From the NCBI GenBank assembly GCA_963825055.1, contig CAWGSK010000007.1:128001-192000 (forward strand): 64,000 nt of DNA, in the 5' to 3' direction. The position numbers and the translations under genes are program-made. Position 1 is the first letter of the stretch. Every line of letters starts with the position of its first letter. The stretch comes from an uncultured Gemmatimonadales bacterium (lineage in GTDB: Bacteria > Gemmatimonadota > Gemmatimonadetes > Gemmatimonadales > GWC2-71-9). Positions 10,785 to 22,333 of this stretch are shown here, one piece after another. The notes below the pieces were generated by a model. It was not told where the DNA came from and did not search any database. It saw only the letters and a program-made list of their open reading frames with translations.

Positions 10785-12011
10785 TCACGCGCCTGCGCGC
10801 CAGGTCACCCGCCCGCGGCAGACAGTAAGCACGCAGGCGTTCGGTTGGAAGTGGTAGAGCCAGTGATTCACGTCGGGAGCATCGATGACCGCGAAGTCGG
10901 CTGACTTGCCCGCTTCCAGGGAACCCACCCGGTCCGCCAGCCCGGTGGCGCGCGCGCCGGCCATCGTCCCCCCGAGCAGGGCCTCCGCCGGGGTCATGCC
11001 CTGGAGCGTGCAGGCCAGCATGAGCGCCAGGGGGAGATGGTACGTCGGGGCGGAGCCCGGGTTGAAGTCACTCGCCACCGCGACCGGGACACCGGCCTCG
11101 AGCCAGCGCCTCGCGGGGAGGGGTGCCTGGTTCAGGTACAGGGCCGCGAGGGGAAGGCTCACCGCCGTGACCCCGGCTCCGGCCATGGCCCGGATGCCCG
11201 AATCTGTCGTGTGCTCCAGATGGTCAGCCGATGTCGCGCCGACCTCGGCTGCGAGCGCGGCTCCCCCGCCGTCAGTCAGCTGGTCGGCGTGGAGCTTGGG
11301 GGCCAGCCCCGCCGCGCGTCCGGCTTCCAGGATCCGGCGCGCCTCGTCGATCGTGAAAGCTGAGTCCTCCACGAAGACGTCGCAGAAGCGGGCCAGGTTC
11401 TCGCGGCCGACGCGGGGGATCATTTCGCCGATGAGGAGTTCGACGTAATCGTCACGGCGCTCCCGGTACTCCGGCGGAACCACGTGCGCGCCGAGAAAGG
11501 TGGGGACGAGCCGCGACGGGGCATCCGGCGCGATGTCGCGGTACACCCCGAGCAGCCGGAGCTCTTCATCCGGGCTCAGGCCGTAGCCCGACTTGCACTC
11601 GACCGTCGTCACGCCAAGCGCGGCCATCCCGCCGAGGAAGGCAAGGCAGCGGGACGCGAGACTGTCCGAGGAAGCGGCGCGCGTGGCGGCGACCGTCGAG
11701 GCGATGCCGCCCCCGGCCTGCGCGATCTCGAGGTAGGTGGCGCCGCCGGCGCGGAGCGCGAATTCGTCGGCGCGCCAGCCGCCGAAGGCCAGGTGCGTGT
11801 GACTGTCCACCAGCCCTGGGATCACCAGGCGGCCGCCGGCATCCCACGTATCCTGCTCGCGGAGCGCGTCGGGCAGGTCGGCTTCCGGTCCGGCCCAGGT
11901 CAGGATGTCACCCTCCCACGCCAGGGCGCCAGCGGGAACCGCCCTGACATCCCCCCGGGTTCCCCCGGGCCTGCAGGTGGCCAGGGAGCCGATCCCCCTC
12001 AGGAGAGGCAC
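10785..12011 (-). CDS. hutI: Imidazolonepropionase
   Basis: [33 protein letters not shown] start next to hutU stop. Confidence 0.95.
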   Translation of the reverse strand: MPLLRGIGSLATCRPGGTRGDVRAVPAGALAWEGDILTWAGPEADLPDALREQDTWDAGGRLVIPGLVDSHTHLAFGGWRADEFALRAGGATYLEIAQAGGGIASTVAATRAASSDSLASRCLAFLGGMAALGVTTVECKSGYGLSPDEELRLLGVYRDIAPDAPSRLVPTFLGAHVVPPEYRERRDDYVELLIGEMIPRVGRENLARFCDVFVEDSAFTIDEARRILEAGRAAGLAPKLHADQLTDGGGAALAAEVGATSADHLEHTTDSGIRAMAGAGVTAVSLPLAALYLNQAPLPARRWLEAGVPVAVASDFNPGSAPTYHLPLALMLACTLQGMTPAEALLGGTMAGARATGLADRVGSLEAGKSADFAVIDAPDVNHWLYHFQPNACVLTVCRGRVTWRAGA

Positions 12012-12012
12012 G

Positions 12013-13701
12013 TCAGTCCCGTTCGGGGGCGGTATCCAGCATGGGCAGGTCGATCCCGCGTTCGCGTGCGGTCTCGATGGCCAGGTCGTAGCCGGCATCG
12101 GCATGGCGCATGACGCCGGTCCCGGGGTCAGCGGTGAGCACCCGCTCGAGGCGGGCATCGCCGGACGCGGTTCCATCGGCCACCACGACCATGCCCGCGT
12201 GGATCGAATAGCCGATGCCCACCCCGCCGCCGTGGTGCAGCGACACCCAGCTCGCACCGCACGCCGTGTTCAGCATGGCGTTGAGGAGCGGCCAGTCGGC
12301 GATGGCATCGGAGCCGTCCTTCATCGCTTCGGTTTCGCGGTTCGGGGAGGCCACCGATCCGCTGTCCAGGTGGTCCCGCCCGATGACGATCGGCGCCTGC
12401 ACCTTGCCCTTCTTCACCAGCCAGTTGAACCGCAGCCCCATTTCGGCGCGCTCGCCGTACTCCAGCCAGCAGATCCGGGCGGGGAGGCCCTGGAAGTGCA
12501 CTTTTTCCTGCGCCTGGCGGATCCAGCGCGCCAGGGCATCCTTTTCGGGGAAGGTCTCCAGCACGGCTTCATCGGTCGCGCGGATGTCGGCCGGATCGCC
12601 GGAGAGCGCCGCCCAGCGGAACGGGCCCGCCCCGCGGCAGAAGAGCGGGCGGATGTAGGCGGGCACGAAGCCCGGAATGTCGAACGCCTCCCGCATGTCC
12701 CGATGGTCGGCCACCTGGCCCCGGAGGTTGTTCCCGTAATCGAAGACGACCGATCCCTTCCGCTTGAGGTCCAGCATGGCGCCGACATGCTCGACCATCG
12801 AGTCGAGCACGGCTGACTCGTACCCTTCCGGGTCCGCCGCACGCTCGCGGGCCGCGTCCTCCAGGGAAAATCCGCGCGGGATGTAGCCGACCCGGAGGTC
12901 GTGGGCGGAGGTCTGGTCGGTGACCACGTCGGGCGCGACGCCGCGGCGCACCAGCTCGGGCAGCACGTCCGCGATGTTGGCGACCAGGCCCACGGACAGC
13001 GGTTGCTCGCGGTCGCGGGCCTCCTCCACCAGCCGGAGTGCCTCGTCGAGGTCGGTGCTGATCCGGTCGCAGTAGCCGGTGTCCACCCGGCGCTGGATGC
13101 GCGAGGCGTCCACGTCCACGCCAAGGAGCGCGCCGCCGTTCATGGTGGCGGCCAGGGGCTGGGCGCCGCCCATCCCCCCGAGGCCGCCCGTCACCACGAG
13201 CCGGCCGGACAGGGTGCCGCCGAAATGCTGGCGCGCCAGCTCCGCGAAGGTTTCGTAGGTACCCTGCAGGATGCCCTGCGTGCCGATGTAGATCCAGCTC
13301 CCCGCGGTCATCTGCCCATACATCGTGAGGCCGAGGGCGTCGAGGCGGCGGAACTCGTCCCAGGTGGCCCAGCGGGGGACCAGGTGCGCGTTCGCGATGA
13401 GCACGCGCGGGGCCTGGTCGTGCGTGCGGAAGACACCGACCGGCTTCCCGCTCTGCACCAGCAGCGTCTCGTCGTCCCGCAGGCGCCTGAGCGTGGACAC
13501 GATCCGATCGTAGCTTGCCCAGTCGCGCGCGGCCTTGCCGCCCCCGCCGTAGACGATCAGTTCCTCCGGCCGCTCGGCGACGGCCGGATCGAGGTTGTTC
13601 ATCAGCATCCGCATCGCGGCTTCCTGGTGCCAGCCTCGGCAGGAGAGCGTGGAGCCGCGGGGGGCGGTGATGACGCCGGGGGAAGAGAGGGTGCTGCTCA
13701 T
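12013..13701 (-). CDS. hutU: Urocanate hydratase
   Basis: [37 protein letters not shown]. Confidence 0.97.
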   Translation of the reverse strand: MSSTLSSPGVITAPRGSTLSCRGWHQEAAMRMLMNNLDPAVAERPEELIVYGGGGKAARDWASYDRIVSTLRRLRDDETLLVQSGKPVGVFRTHDQAPRVLIANAHLVPRWATWDEFRRLDALGLTMYGQMTAGSWIYIGTQGILQGTYETFAELARQHFGGTLSGRLVVTGGLGGMGGAQPLAATMNGGALLGVDVDASRIQRRVDTGYCDRISTDLDEALRLVEEARDREQPLSVGLVANIADVLPELVRRGVAPDVVTDQTSAHDLRVGYIPRGFSLEDAARERAADPEGYESAVLDSMVEHVGAMLDLKRKGSVVFDYGNNLRGQVADHRDMREAFDIPGFVPAYIRPLFCRGAGPFRWAALSGDPADIRATDEAVLETFPEKDALARWIRQAQEKVHFQGLPARICWLEYGERAEMGLRFNWLVKKGKVQAPIVIGRDHLDSGSVASPNRETEAMKDGSDAIADWPLLNAMLNTACGASWVSLHHGGGVGIGYSIHAGMVVVADGTASGDARLERVLTADPGTGVMRHADAGYDLAIETARERGIDLPMLDTAPERD

Positions 13702-13779
13702 GAAGCCATGCTCCGCGAGGGGTGACGGATCATCTGCCGCAAGATAGTGCCGCCCGCCGGGCCGCGGCGACGGGATGGT

Positions 13780-14754
13780 TCAGCGCGAGGCCACCAGCAG
13801 GCCGATATATCCGGCATACGCCGCCAGCAGCAGCGCGCCTTCCGGCCGGGTGATCTTGCGGCCGGTGTACATGATCGGCGCGATGAGTACGGTGAAGCCC
13901 AGCATCCACCAGACATCGCCATGCAGGAACCCGGTCGTCACCGGCACGGGCCGGACCAGCGCGGTGGCCCCCAGGATGCCGAGCAGGTTGAAGATGTTGG
14001 AGCCCATGGCATTGGCGAGCGCGATGTCCAGCTGGTTCCGCCGGGCTGCCATCAGCGAGGCGGCGAGCTCGGGCAGGCTGGTTCCGACCGCGAGTACCGT
14101 CAGGCCGATGACCCGCTCGCTGATGCCGGCCAGCCGGGCCAGCTCGATGCCGCCTTCCACCATGAGGTGCCCGCCCAGGGCCAGCATCGCCGCGCCGCCC
14201 GCGATGAGGACCGTGATCGCGGCGCCCGGTGACACTCGCACGAACGGTGGCGCACCTCCGGCGGCTTCCTCGAACTCCTGGGCTGAGTCCGGCGTCATGC
14301 CGCGGCCGGCCCGCCGGATGATGAATCCGTGAAACGCCACCAGCGCGGCCATGAAGAGAAAGCCGTCTCCGCGTCCGATATTGCCATCCCATGCCACGCC
14401 GATCATGAGCAGGGTGGCGGCCAGCATCACGGGCCACTCGAAGAGGACCGCCGAACGGTGGACCGGCAGGGGCACGAGCAGGGCCGCCAGCCCGACCATC
14501 GCCCCGAGGTTGAAGATGTTGGAACCGATGACGTTGCCGACCGCAGCGTCGGGGCTGCCGTGCAGTGCCGCCGACAGGCTGACGGCAAGTTCCGGCAGGG
14601 AAGTGGCAAGCGCCACGATCGTAAGGCCGATGACCGCGCCGGGGACGTGCGCGATCCGCGCGAGCCAGACCGCTCCGCGTACCAGCAGCTCGCCACCCGC
14701 GACCAGGATGAGCATGCCGCTCACGAGGAGCAGCAGCGCGACGGTGGGGCTCAC
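13780..14754 (-). CDS. Calcium/sodium antiporter (CaCA, YrbG-like)
   Basis: Two alpha repeats TSLPE...GSNIFN. Confidence 0.92.
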   Translation of the reverse strand: MSPTVALLLLVSGMLILVAGGELLVRGAVWLARIAHVPGAVIGLTIVALATSLPELAVSLSAALHGSPDAAVGNVIGSNIFNLGAMVGLAALLVPLPVHRSAVLFEWPVMLAATLLMIGVAWDGNIGRGDGFLFMAALVAFHGFIIRRAGRGMTPDSAQEFEEAAGGAPPFVRVSPGAAITVLIAGGAAMLALGGHLMVEGGIELARLAGISERVIGLTVLAVGTSLPELAASLMAARRNQLDIALANAMGSNIFNLLGILGATALVRPVPVTTGFLHGDVWWMLGFTVLIAPIMYTGRKITRPEGALLLAAYAGYIGLLVASR

Positions 14755-14887
14755 GAGGGGATGCAGGCCGATCGAAGCATGCTGGAAGAAACCCGGCGGA
14801 GGGATTTCCGGAAAGGGCGGGGGGAAACGGAAACGGCGCCCGCCGAAACGGACGCCGCACCCATTGCCTTCTGCCCACTGCCAGGGC

Positions 14888-16447
14888 CTACTGACTGGCG
14901 AGTCTCACCCTGCGGACGAAGAACTGTTTCGCTACGGGGTTGTACACCCGGAGCGTCACGATATTCCCCGGGCCGGGATGTTCGAGCGCCTTCCGAAGGT
15001 CCGCTTCGGTCCGCATGGCCTGGCCTTCCACGGACACGATGATGTCCGGGCCGCCCCGATCATCGGCTCCCTGCAGTTCATTCTCCGCGGGGCCGCCGGT
15101 GGTCACGGTCGTAACCACGAGACCGTTCCGCACCTCCGACGGCAGGCCGTAGGTCTCCCGCAGTTGCGCCGTCAGCGGAGCCACCGCGATGCCGAGCTGG
15201 GTCGCCGCCACGCCGCTGACCGCCTCGTCCGGCGCGGCGGAATCGTCATTCCGCGCCAGCTCGGGCGCCTCGTCCTGGGCCGCCGCCTCGAGCTTGACGG
15301 TCAGGGTCTTCCGTTCACCGCCGCGCCGGGCCACTTCCACCTCCACCTTCTCGCCGGGCCGACGGAAGGCGATGCGCTGCTGGAGCTGCGCCACATAGTC
15401 CACCGGCGAGCCATCCACCGCGATGATCACGTCGCCGGCCTGCAGGCCGGCCTTCTCGGCCGGGCTGCCCGGCTGGAAGCCCTCGACCGTTACCCCGCGA
15501 ATCTCCTTGAGCCCGACGTACTCGGCATCCTTGCCGTTGGCCGTCTGCACCGTGATGCCGAGCTGCGCCCGGTCCACGTGGCCAGTCGCGATGAGCTGGG
15601 TCATGACCTTCCGCGCGAGGTCGATCGGGACGGCAAACCCGTAGCCGCTGTACAGGCCGGTCTCGCTCACGATGGCGGTGTTGATGCCGATGGCCTCGCC
15701 GTGCACGTTCACCAGCGGCCCGCCGGAGTTGCCCGGATTGATGGCGGCATCGGTCTGGATGAAGTCCTGGATGTCGGACTGCCGGGCGCCGAGGGCGCGG
15801 CCCTTGGCGCTCACGATGCCCGAGGTCACCGTGAAGTCGAGCCCGGCGCCGAGCGGGTTGCCGATCGCCAGGACCCACTCCCCGATCCGGGTCTGGTCAC
15901 TGTGGCCGAGTGGAATCGGCGTGAGGTTCCGGGCATCGATCTTGAGCACGGCCACATCGGTGGAGGGGTCGGTTCCGATGACCCGGGCGTCAAATTCCCG
16001 GCGGTCGAGCAGCCGCACCGACACCGTGCTGGCACCCTCGACCACGTGGTTGTTTGTCAGGATGTATCCGTCAGCGCTCACGATGAACCCTGACCCGGTG
16101 CCGTGCTGGATTTCCGGGCGCCCGCGCTGGTTCCGCGGGAAGAACCGCTCCATGCCAGGCGGGATCAGCTGGCTCTGGGGAGCCTCCCGCTCGGTCGAGA
16201 CGTACACGACACTCGGCCGGACCTGCTCGGACACCGTCGCGTAGGCCTCGCTCAGGCTGGCGAGGGCCGTCGTGGCTGGTGTATTCCGGGCCTGGACCGT
16301 CGTAATGGCGGCGGGCGTGGCCTGGCCGCCCTGCTGCGCGGCTCCGGGCATCGGGAAGTTGAGAACCCCGGCAAACAGGAGCCCGAGCGCGAAGGCCAGG
16401 CCGACGAGTCCGCCGAACTTGATCCAGTTTTGTGTACGTGTCGACAT
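14888..16447 (-). CDS. degP: DegP/HtrA serine protease with two PDZ domains
   Basis: GSGFIV, TNNHV, TDAAINPGNSGGPL, PDZ segments. Confidence 0.93.
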   Translation of the reverse strand: MSTRTQNWIKFGGLVGLAFALGLLFAGVLNFPMPGAAQQGGQATPAAITTVQARNTPATTALASLSEAYATVSEQVRPSVVYVSTEREAPQSQLIPPGMERFFPRNQRGRPEIQHGTGSGFIVSADGYILTNNHVVEGASTVSVRLLDRREFDARVIGTDPSTDVAVLKIDARNLTPIPLGHSDQTRIGEWVLAIGNPLGAGLDFTVTSGIVSAKGRALGARQSDIQDFIQTDAAINPGNSGGPLVNVHGEAIGINTAIVSETGLYSGYGFAVPIDLARKVMTQLIATGHVDRAQLGITVQTANGKDAEYVGLKEIRGVTVEGFQPGSPAEKAGLQAGDVIIAVDGSPVDYVAQLQQRIAFRRPGEKVEVEVARRGGERKTLTVKLEAAAQDEAPELARNDDSAAPDEAVSGVAATQLGIAVAPLTAQLRETYGLPSEVRNGLVVTTVTTGGPAENELQGADDRGGPDIIVSVEGQAMRTEADLRKALEHPGPGNIVTLRVYNPVAKQFFVRRVRLASQ

Positions 16448-16583
16448 GCTGAGTCCTTCGGTTCCTTATGGATTGACCGGCCCCTGGCCGGGTTCGCCCG
16501 ACCCCACCGGGGGCGGCGAAAGTGCCTTCTAATAATAACTGAGATGCGTCACCGCAGGTTTCAGTCGCACCCGCCCTGACGCG

Positions 16584-16629
16584 CCCGGCGCCGGGCGGCC
16601 ACCCCGGAGGGAGGCCATCCGGCGCCGGG
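16584..16629 (-). terminator. GC-rich hairpin downstream of dnaK
   Basis: cccggcgccgggcggcc ... ggccatccggcgccggg inverted repeat; no strong U tract. Confidence 0.45.
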
Positions 16630-16647
16630 ACACGACCGGGGGACGGA

Positions 16648-18576
<1,929 letters not shown>

Positions 18577-18650
18577 GCCCTCTCCTGGTTGCGCGTGAAA
18601 TGTCGTGCTGGTCGACCGGTGCTTCCCGTCGACCTGTCCACCCATGATCG

Positions 18651-18693
18651 AGCAATCCCCATACCCCGAAAAGCTGTCATTCTGGCAGTCTTT
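18651..18693 (-). promoter_or_regulatory. Putative sigma54-type promoter with adjacent palindrome upstream of dnaK
   Basis: Minus strand CTGCCA-gaa-TGACAG followed by GG-tatggggatt-GC (GG-N10-GC). Confidence 0.5.
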
Positions 18694-18860
18694 CGCATTT
18701 CAACGCGCGGGTGATGGCTGTCACGGCTGAAGGGAGGGCATTTTTGCATTATTGTGGCAGTCCTCGTGGCGATAGAAGCAGACGGGGGTCGAGAGGTGTG
18801 GAACAAAGCAAGGCCATCGGTGGGGGGGATCCCCCGCCTTCTACCGGAAAGGGGTATCTC

Positions 18861-19010
18861 ATGCTGTGGACTATCTTCGTCATCCTGCTCGTGCTGTGGC
18901 TGCTGGGCGTGGTCACGTCCTACACACTGGGCGGGTTCATTCACATTCTGCTCGTTCTGGCGATCGTCGTGGTCGTGATCCGGCTGCTGCAGGGTCGCCG
19001 ACCGTTGTAA
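18861..19010 (+). CDS. lmo0937-family (DUF5670-like) small membrane protein
   Basis: MLWTIFVILLVLWLLG...GGFIHILLVLAI. Confidence 0.85.
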   Translation: MLWTIFVILLVLWLLGVVTSYTLGGFIHILLVLAIVVVVIRLLQGRRPL

Positions 19011-19491
19011 CGGTCTGGCCGAACCTCGGTACCTGACAGAGGCGCGGACCTGCGTAAGGTGCTGCGCCTCTGCTCTTTGCGCACACGCCGTCCGGCGGGG
19101 AGTCCCGTCCTGGATGACGTGGCGCCCGCGACAGGGTGAGCCGTGTCACCGCATCGTGTTACAGCGCGGAGTTAACCTGTTCGCGGCGGACGACAGCAAG
19201 TCTGCCTCCCCGGACCGGCACAGGAGTACCACGCTGTCCGGGGCGCGCGCGGGGAAGTGAGCAGGCGACCTGCGTGTGTGCGTTCAGCGCCTGATTGGAC
19301 ATAGAAGGGCAGCACGGTCGGTCCGGTTTTCGGCGTGCCAGGAAGTAGGGTGAGCGAAGCAGTTCTGTTCATTTGCCCAGGGGATGCTTTCTGGTGCGCC
19401 ACCGGCTGCCGCGCCGTCCCCAGATCCTGCATGCTACGACCGCGATCCATGGGGCCGCACCGAAGTTGCCCCGGTCGCCTGGGAGGCGGAT

Positions 19492-19965
19492 ATGGTGAAT
19501 AGAGTCGAGAAACAGAACGAGGAGAAGTCATCCGAAGTCGTTGACCAGCTCAACCGGCTGATCGAGACCTGTCGCGATGGCGAGAAAGGCTACCATCAGG
19601 CTGCCGAAGGGGTGGAGAACCCCGAGCTGGTGGAGCTGTTCGAGAACTATTCCCGCCAGCGGGGACGCTTTGTCGCCGAGCTCGGGGCGGAAGTCCGGCG
19701 CCTCGGCGGAGACCCCGAGAAGAGCGGGTCGGTGACCGGTGCCATGCACCGCGGCTGGCTCGGGATCAAGGCCGCCGCCACCGGCAAGAACGAGGGCGCC
19801 GTGATTTCGGAGTGCGAGCGCGGCGAGGACGTCGCGGTGAAGCACTACCGCGAGGCGCTGGAGGCCCCCCTGCCGCCGGCCCTGCAGACCGTGGTGCAGC
19901 ACCAGTACACCCTCGTCAAGGATGCCCACGACCACATCAGACTCCTCGAGAAAGCCCGGGCCTGA
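19492..19965 (+). CDS. PA2169 / DUF2383 ferritin-like helical-bundle protein
   Basis: LNRLIETCRDGEKGY, GSVTGAMHRGW, ECERGED; GGAGG RBS. Confidence 0.9.
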   Translation: MVNRVEKQNEEKSSEVVDQLNRLIETCRDGEKGYHQAAEGVENPELVELFENYSRQRGRFVAELGAEVRRLGGDPEKSGSVTGAMHRGWLGIKAAATGKNEGAVISECERGEDVAVKHYREALEAPLPPALQTVVQHQYTLVKDAHDHIRLLEKARA

Positions 19966-20065
19966 ACCACGCCGGGCGGTTCTGGAGGGAAGGACGGGGG
20001 CTCGCCTGATGGCGGCCCCCGTTCCTGCATCCGGCCGCAGGCGAAGAACAGCAAGGACACGATTG

Positions 20066-21115
20066 ATGACGGATCATCAGACGACACCACGCGCCGGCAG
20101 CCGTCGGCGGCGGGGCCGGCGGAAGGTCCGCTATGCCGTGGTGGGGCTGGGGCACATTGCGCAGGTTGCGGTGCTCCCCGCCTTCGCGCACGCCAGGAGG
20201 AATTCCCGGCTCACCGCCCTCGTGAGCGGCGACGCCGGGAAGCGGCGCGTGCTCGGCGAGAAGTACGAAGTGGAACACCTGCCGGACTACGGCGAATATG
20301 CCGCCCTGCTGGAGAGCGGTGCGGTGGACGCCGTCTATCTCACCTTGCCCAACCACCTGCATCGCGAGTACGCGATCGCGGCGGCGGAACGGGGGATCCA
20401 CGTGCTTTGCGAGAAGCCGATGGCGCCCACCGCCGCCGACTGCCGCGCCATGATCGAGGCGTGCGAGCTGCACGACGTGCGGCTCATGGTGGCCTACCGG
20501 CTCCACTTCGAGAAAGGCAACCTGTCGGCCGTCGACCTGATCGATCGCCACACGCTCGGCACGCCCCGGTACTTCAACTCGTCTTTCTCGCTCCGGGTGA
20601 AGCCCGGCGACATCCGCCTCAATCCCACGGCGCAGGGTGGCGGACCGGTCTACGACATCGGCGTCTACTGCATCAACGCGGCACGGTACCTGTTCCGGGA
20701 CGAGCCGACCGAGGTGACCGCCATGATGGCGACCGGACCCGAGCCCCGGTTCCGTGAGACCCATGAGACGCTGAGCGCCGTCATGCGGTTTCCCGACGAG
20801 CGCATCGCGGCCTTCACCTGCAGCTTCGGGGCAGCCGATGTCTCGACCTATCGTGTCGTCGGGACTTCCGGTGACCTCGTGATGGAGCCGGCGTTCGAAT
20901 ACGCCCAGGCGCTGAAGCGACGGGTGACGGTCGACGGCGAAGTCAGGAAGAAGACCTTCCGCAAGCGGGACCAGTTCGCCCCGGAATTGATCCGGTTCTC
21001 GGAGGCTGTCCTTTCGGGCACCGAGCCCGAACCCGGGGGCTACGAGGGACTCGCAGACGTGCGGATCGTGGAGGCGCTGCTCCAGTCCGCCCGGGAAGGC
21101 CGGACCATCGGCTGA
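20066..21115 (+). CDS. Gfo/Idh/MocA oxidoreductase (glucose-fructose oxidoreductase-like)
   Basis: VVGLGHIAQ, LPNHLH, HVLCEKPM, GGPVYDIGVY. Confidence 0.92.
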   Translation: MTDHQTTPRAGSRRRRGRRKVRYAVVGLGHIAQVAVLPAFAHARRNSRLTALVSGDAGKRRVLGEKYEVEHLPDYGEYAALLESGAVDAVYLTLPNHLHREYAIAAAERGIHVLCEKPMAPTAADCRAMIEACELHDVRLMVAYRLHFEKGNLSAVDLIDRHTLGTPRYFNSSFSLRVKPGDIRLNPTAQGGGPVYDIGVYCINAARYLFRDEPTEVTAMMATGPEPRFRETHETLSAVMRFPDERIAAFTCSFGAADVSTYRVVGTSGDLVMEPAFEYAQALKRRVTVDGEVRKKTFRKRDQFAPELIRFSEAVLSGTEPEPGGYEGLADVRIVEALLQSAREGRTIG

Positions 21116-21300
21116 GCCCGACGGAGAACGTCCGGCCCTACCGGACCCGCAGGAACTCCATCGGCCGCCTAGAGGAGGAGATGGGAGCGAGGGCTAGGCG
21201 CCACCGGAGCGGGGCGGATGCTGTCGTCCCGGCACGCGGGGGCCTATGTTACGGACCACCCCCGGGGGGCCCGGGGTCCCAGCTACCCGCGACCCGACAC

Positions 21301-22302
21301 ATGACACTTCCCGATACCGGCGCAAGCGCCAGGTCCGCGCTCGACCTGCCATTCCACCCGAGGAATCCGGGCCTTCCGCTCGACCTCGACTGGGTGGCAT
21401 CGGTGCGCGTCAACCGCTCCGCGGTGGAACGCCGGACCGCCACGCTGACGAAGCGCCGCGCGGTCAAGAAGGAATGGCAGGCTGCCTGGCTCCTCCGGGC
21501 GGTGACCCTGATGGACCTGACCACGCTCTCCGGCGACGACACGCCGGGGCGGGTGCAGCGCCTCTGCGCCAAGGCCCGCCATCCCGTGCGGAACGACGTG
21601 CTCGAGGCGCTTGGCGCCGGCGGCCTCCCGGTGCACGTGGCCGCGGTCTGCGTCTATCACGCCATGGTGCCCGTGGCCGTGACAGCGCTCGCGGGGTCAG
21701 GCATCCCCGTTGCAGCGGTGTCCACCGGCTTTCCCGCTGGCCTCTCTCCATTGCCCCAGCGCATCGCCGAAATCCGGGCGTCCGTGGAGGCCGGGGCCGA
21801 CGAGATCGACATTGTCATTACGCGCGCTCATGTTCTCACCGGGAACTGGCAGGCCCTCTATGACGAGGTTCGCGCCTTCCGTGACGCCGCGGGCGATGCC
21901 CACATCAAGACCATCCTCGCTACCGGCGAGCTGGGCACGCTGCGGAATGTCGTGCGTGCGAGCCACGTCTGCATGATGGCCGGCGCCGACTTCATCAAGA
22001 CGTCCACCGGCAAGGAATCCGCCAACGCCACGCTCCCCGTCGGCCTCGTCATGGCCCGCGCCATCCGCGAGTACCGGGAACGCACCGGCCATCTGGTCGG
22101 CTTCAAGCCCGCTGGCGGGATCCGGCGGGCGAAGGAGGCGCTCGAATGGCTCTTCCTGATGAAGGACGAGCTCGGCCCCCCGTGGCTCCGGCCCGACCTC
22201 TTCCGCTTCGGTGTGAGCTCGCTCCTGGGAGACATCGAGCGCCAGCTCGAGCATTTCGCCACCGGACGCTACTCGGCCGACTACCGGCATCCGCTCGCCT
22301 GA
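21301..22302 (+). CDS. deoC: Deoxyribose-phosphate aldolase (long DERA type)
   Basis: MDLTTL, EIDIV, ADFIKTSTGK, FKPAGGI. Confidence 0.95.
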   Translation: MTLPDTGASARSALDLPFHPRNPGLPLDLDWVASVRVNRSAVERRTATLTKRRAVKKEWQAAWLLRAVTLMDLTTLSGDDTPGRVQRLCAKARHPVRNDVLEALGAGGLPVHVAAVCVYHAMVPVAVTALAGSGIPVAAVSTGFPAGLSPLPQRIAEIRASVEAGADEIDIVITRAHVLTGNWQALYDEVRAFRDAAGDAHIKTILATGELGTLRNVVRASHVCMMAGADFIKTSTGKESANATLPVGLVMARAIREYRERTGHLVGFKPAGGIRRAKEALEWLFLMKDELGPPWLRPDLFRFGVSSLLGDIERQLEHFATGRYSADYRHPLA

Positions 22303-22333
22303 ACGCGCCCCCTTCCCGGCCCGCGCCGGAGGC

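Noticed and set aside
10785..13701. hutU-hutI without hutH/hutG as an unusual pathway
   Set aside because: Split hut genes are common; the others may lie elsewhere in the genome
19145..19162. GTCAC and GTTAC pair as another PHO box
   Set aside because: Spacing is 13 bp rather than 11 and no phosphate gene is adjacent
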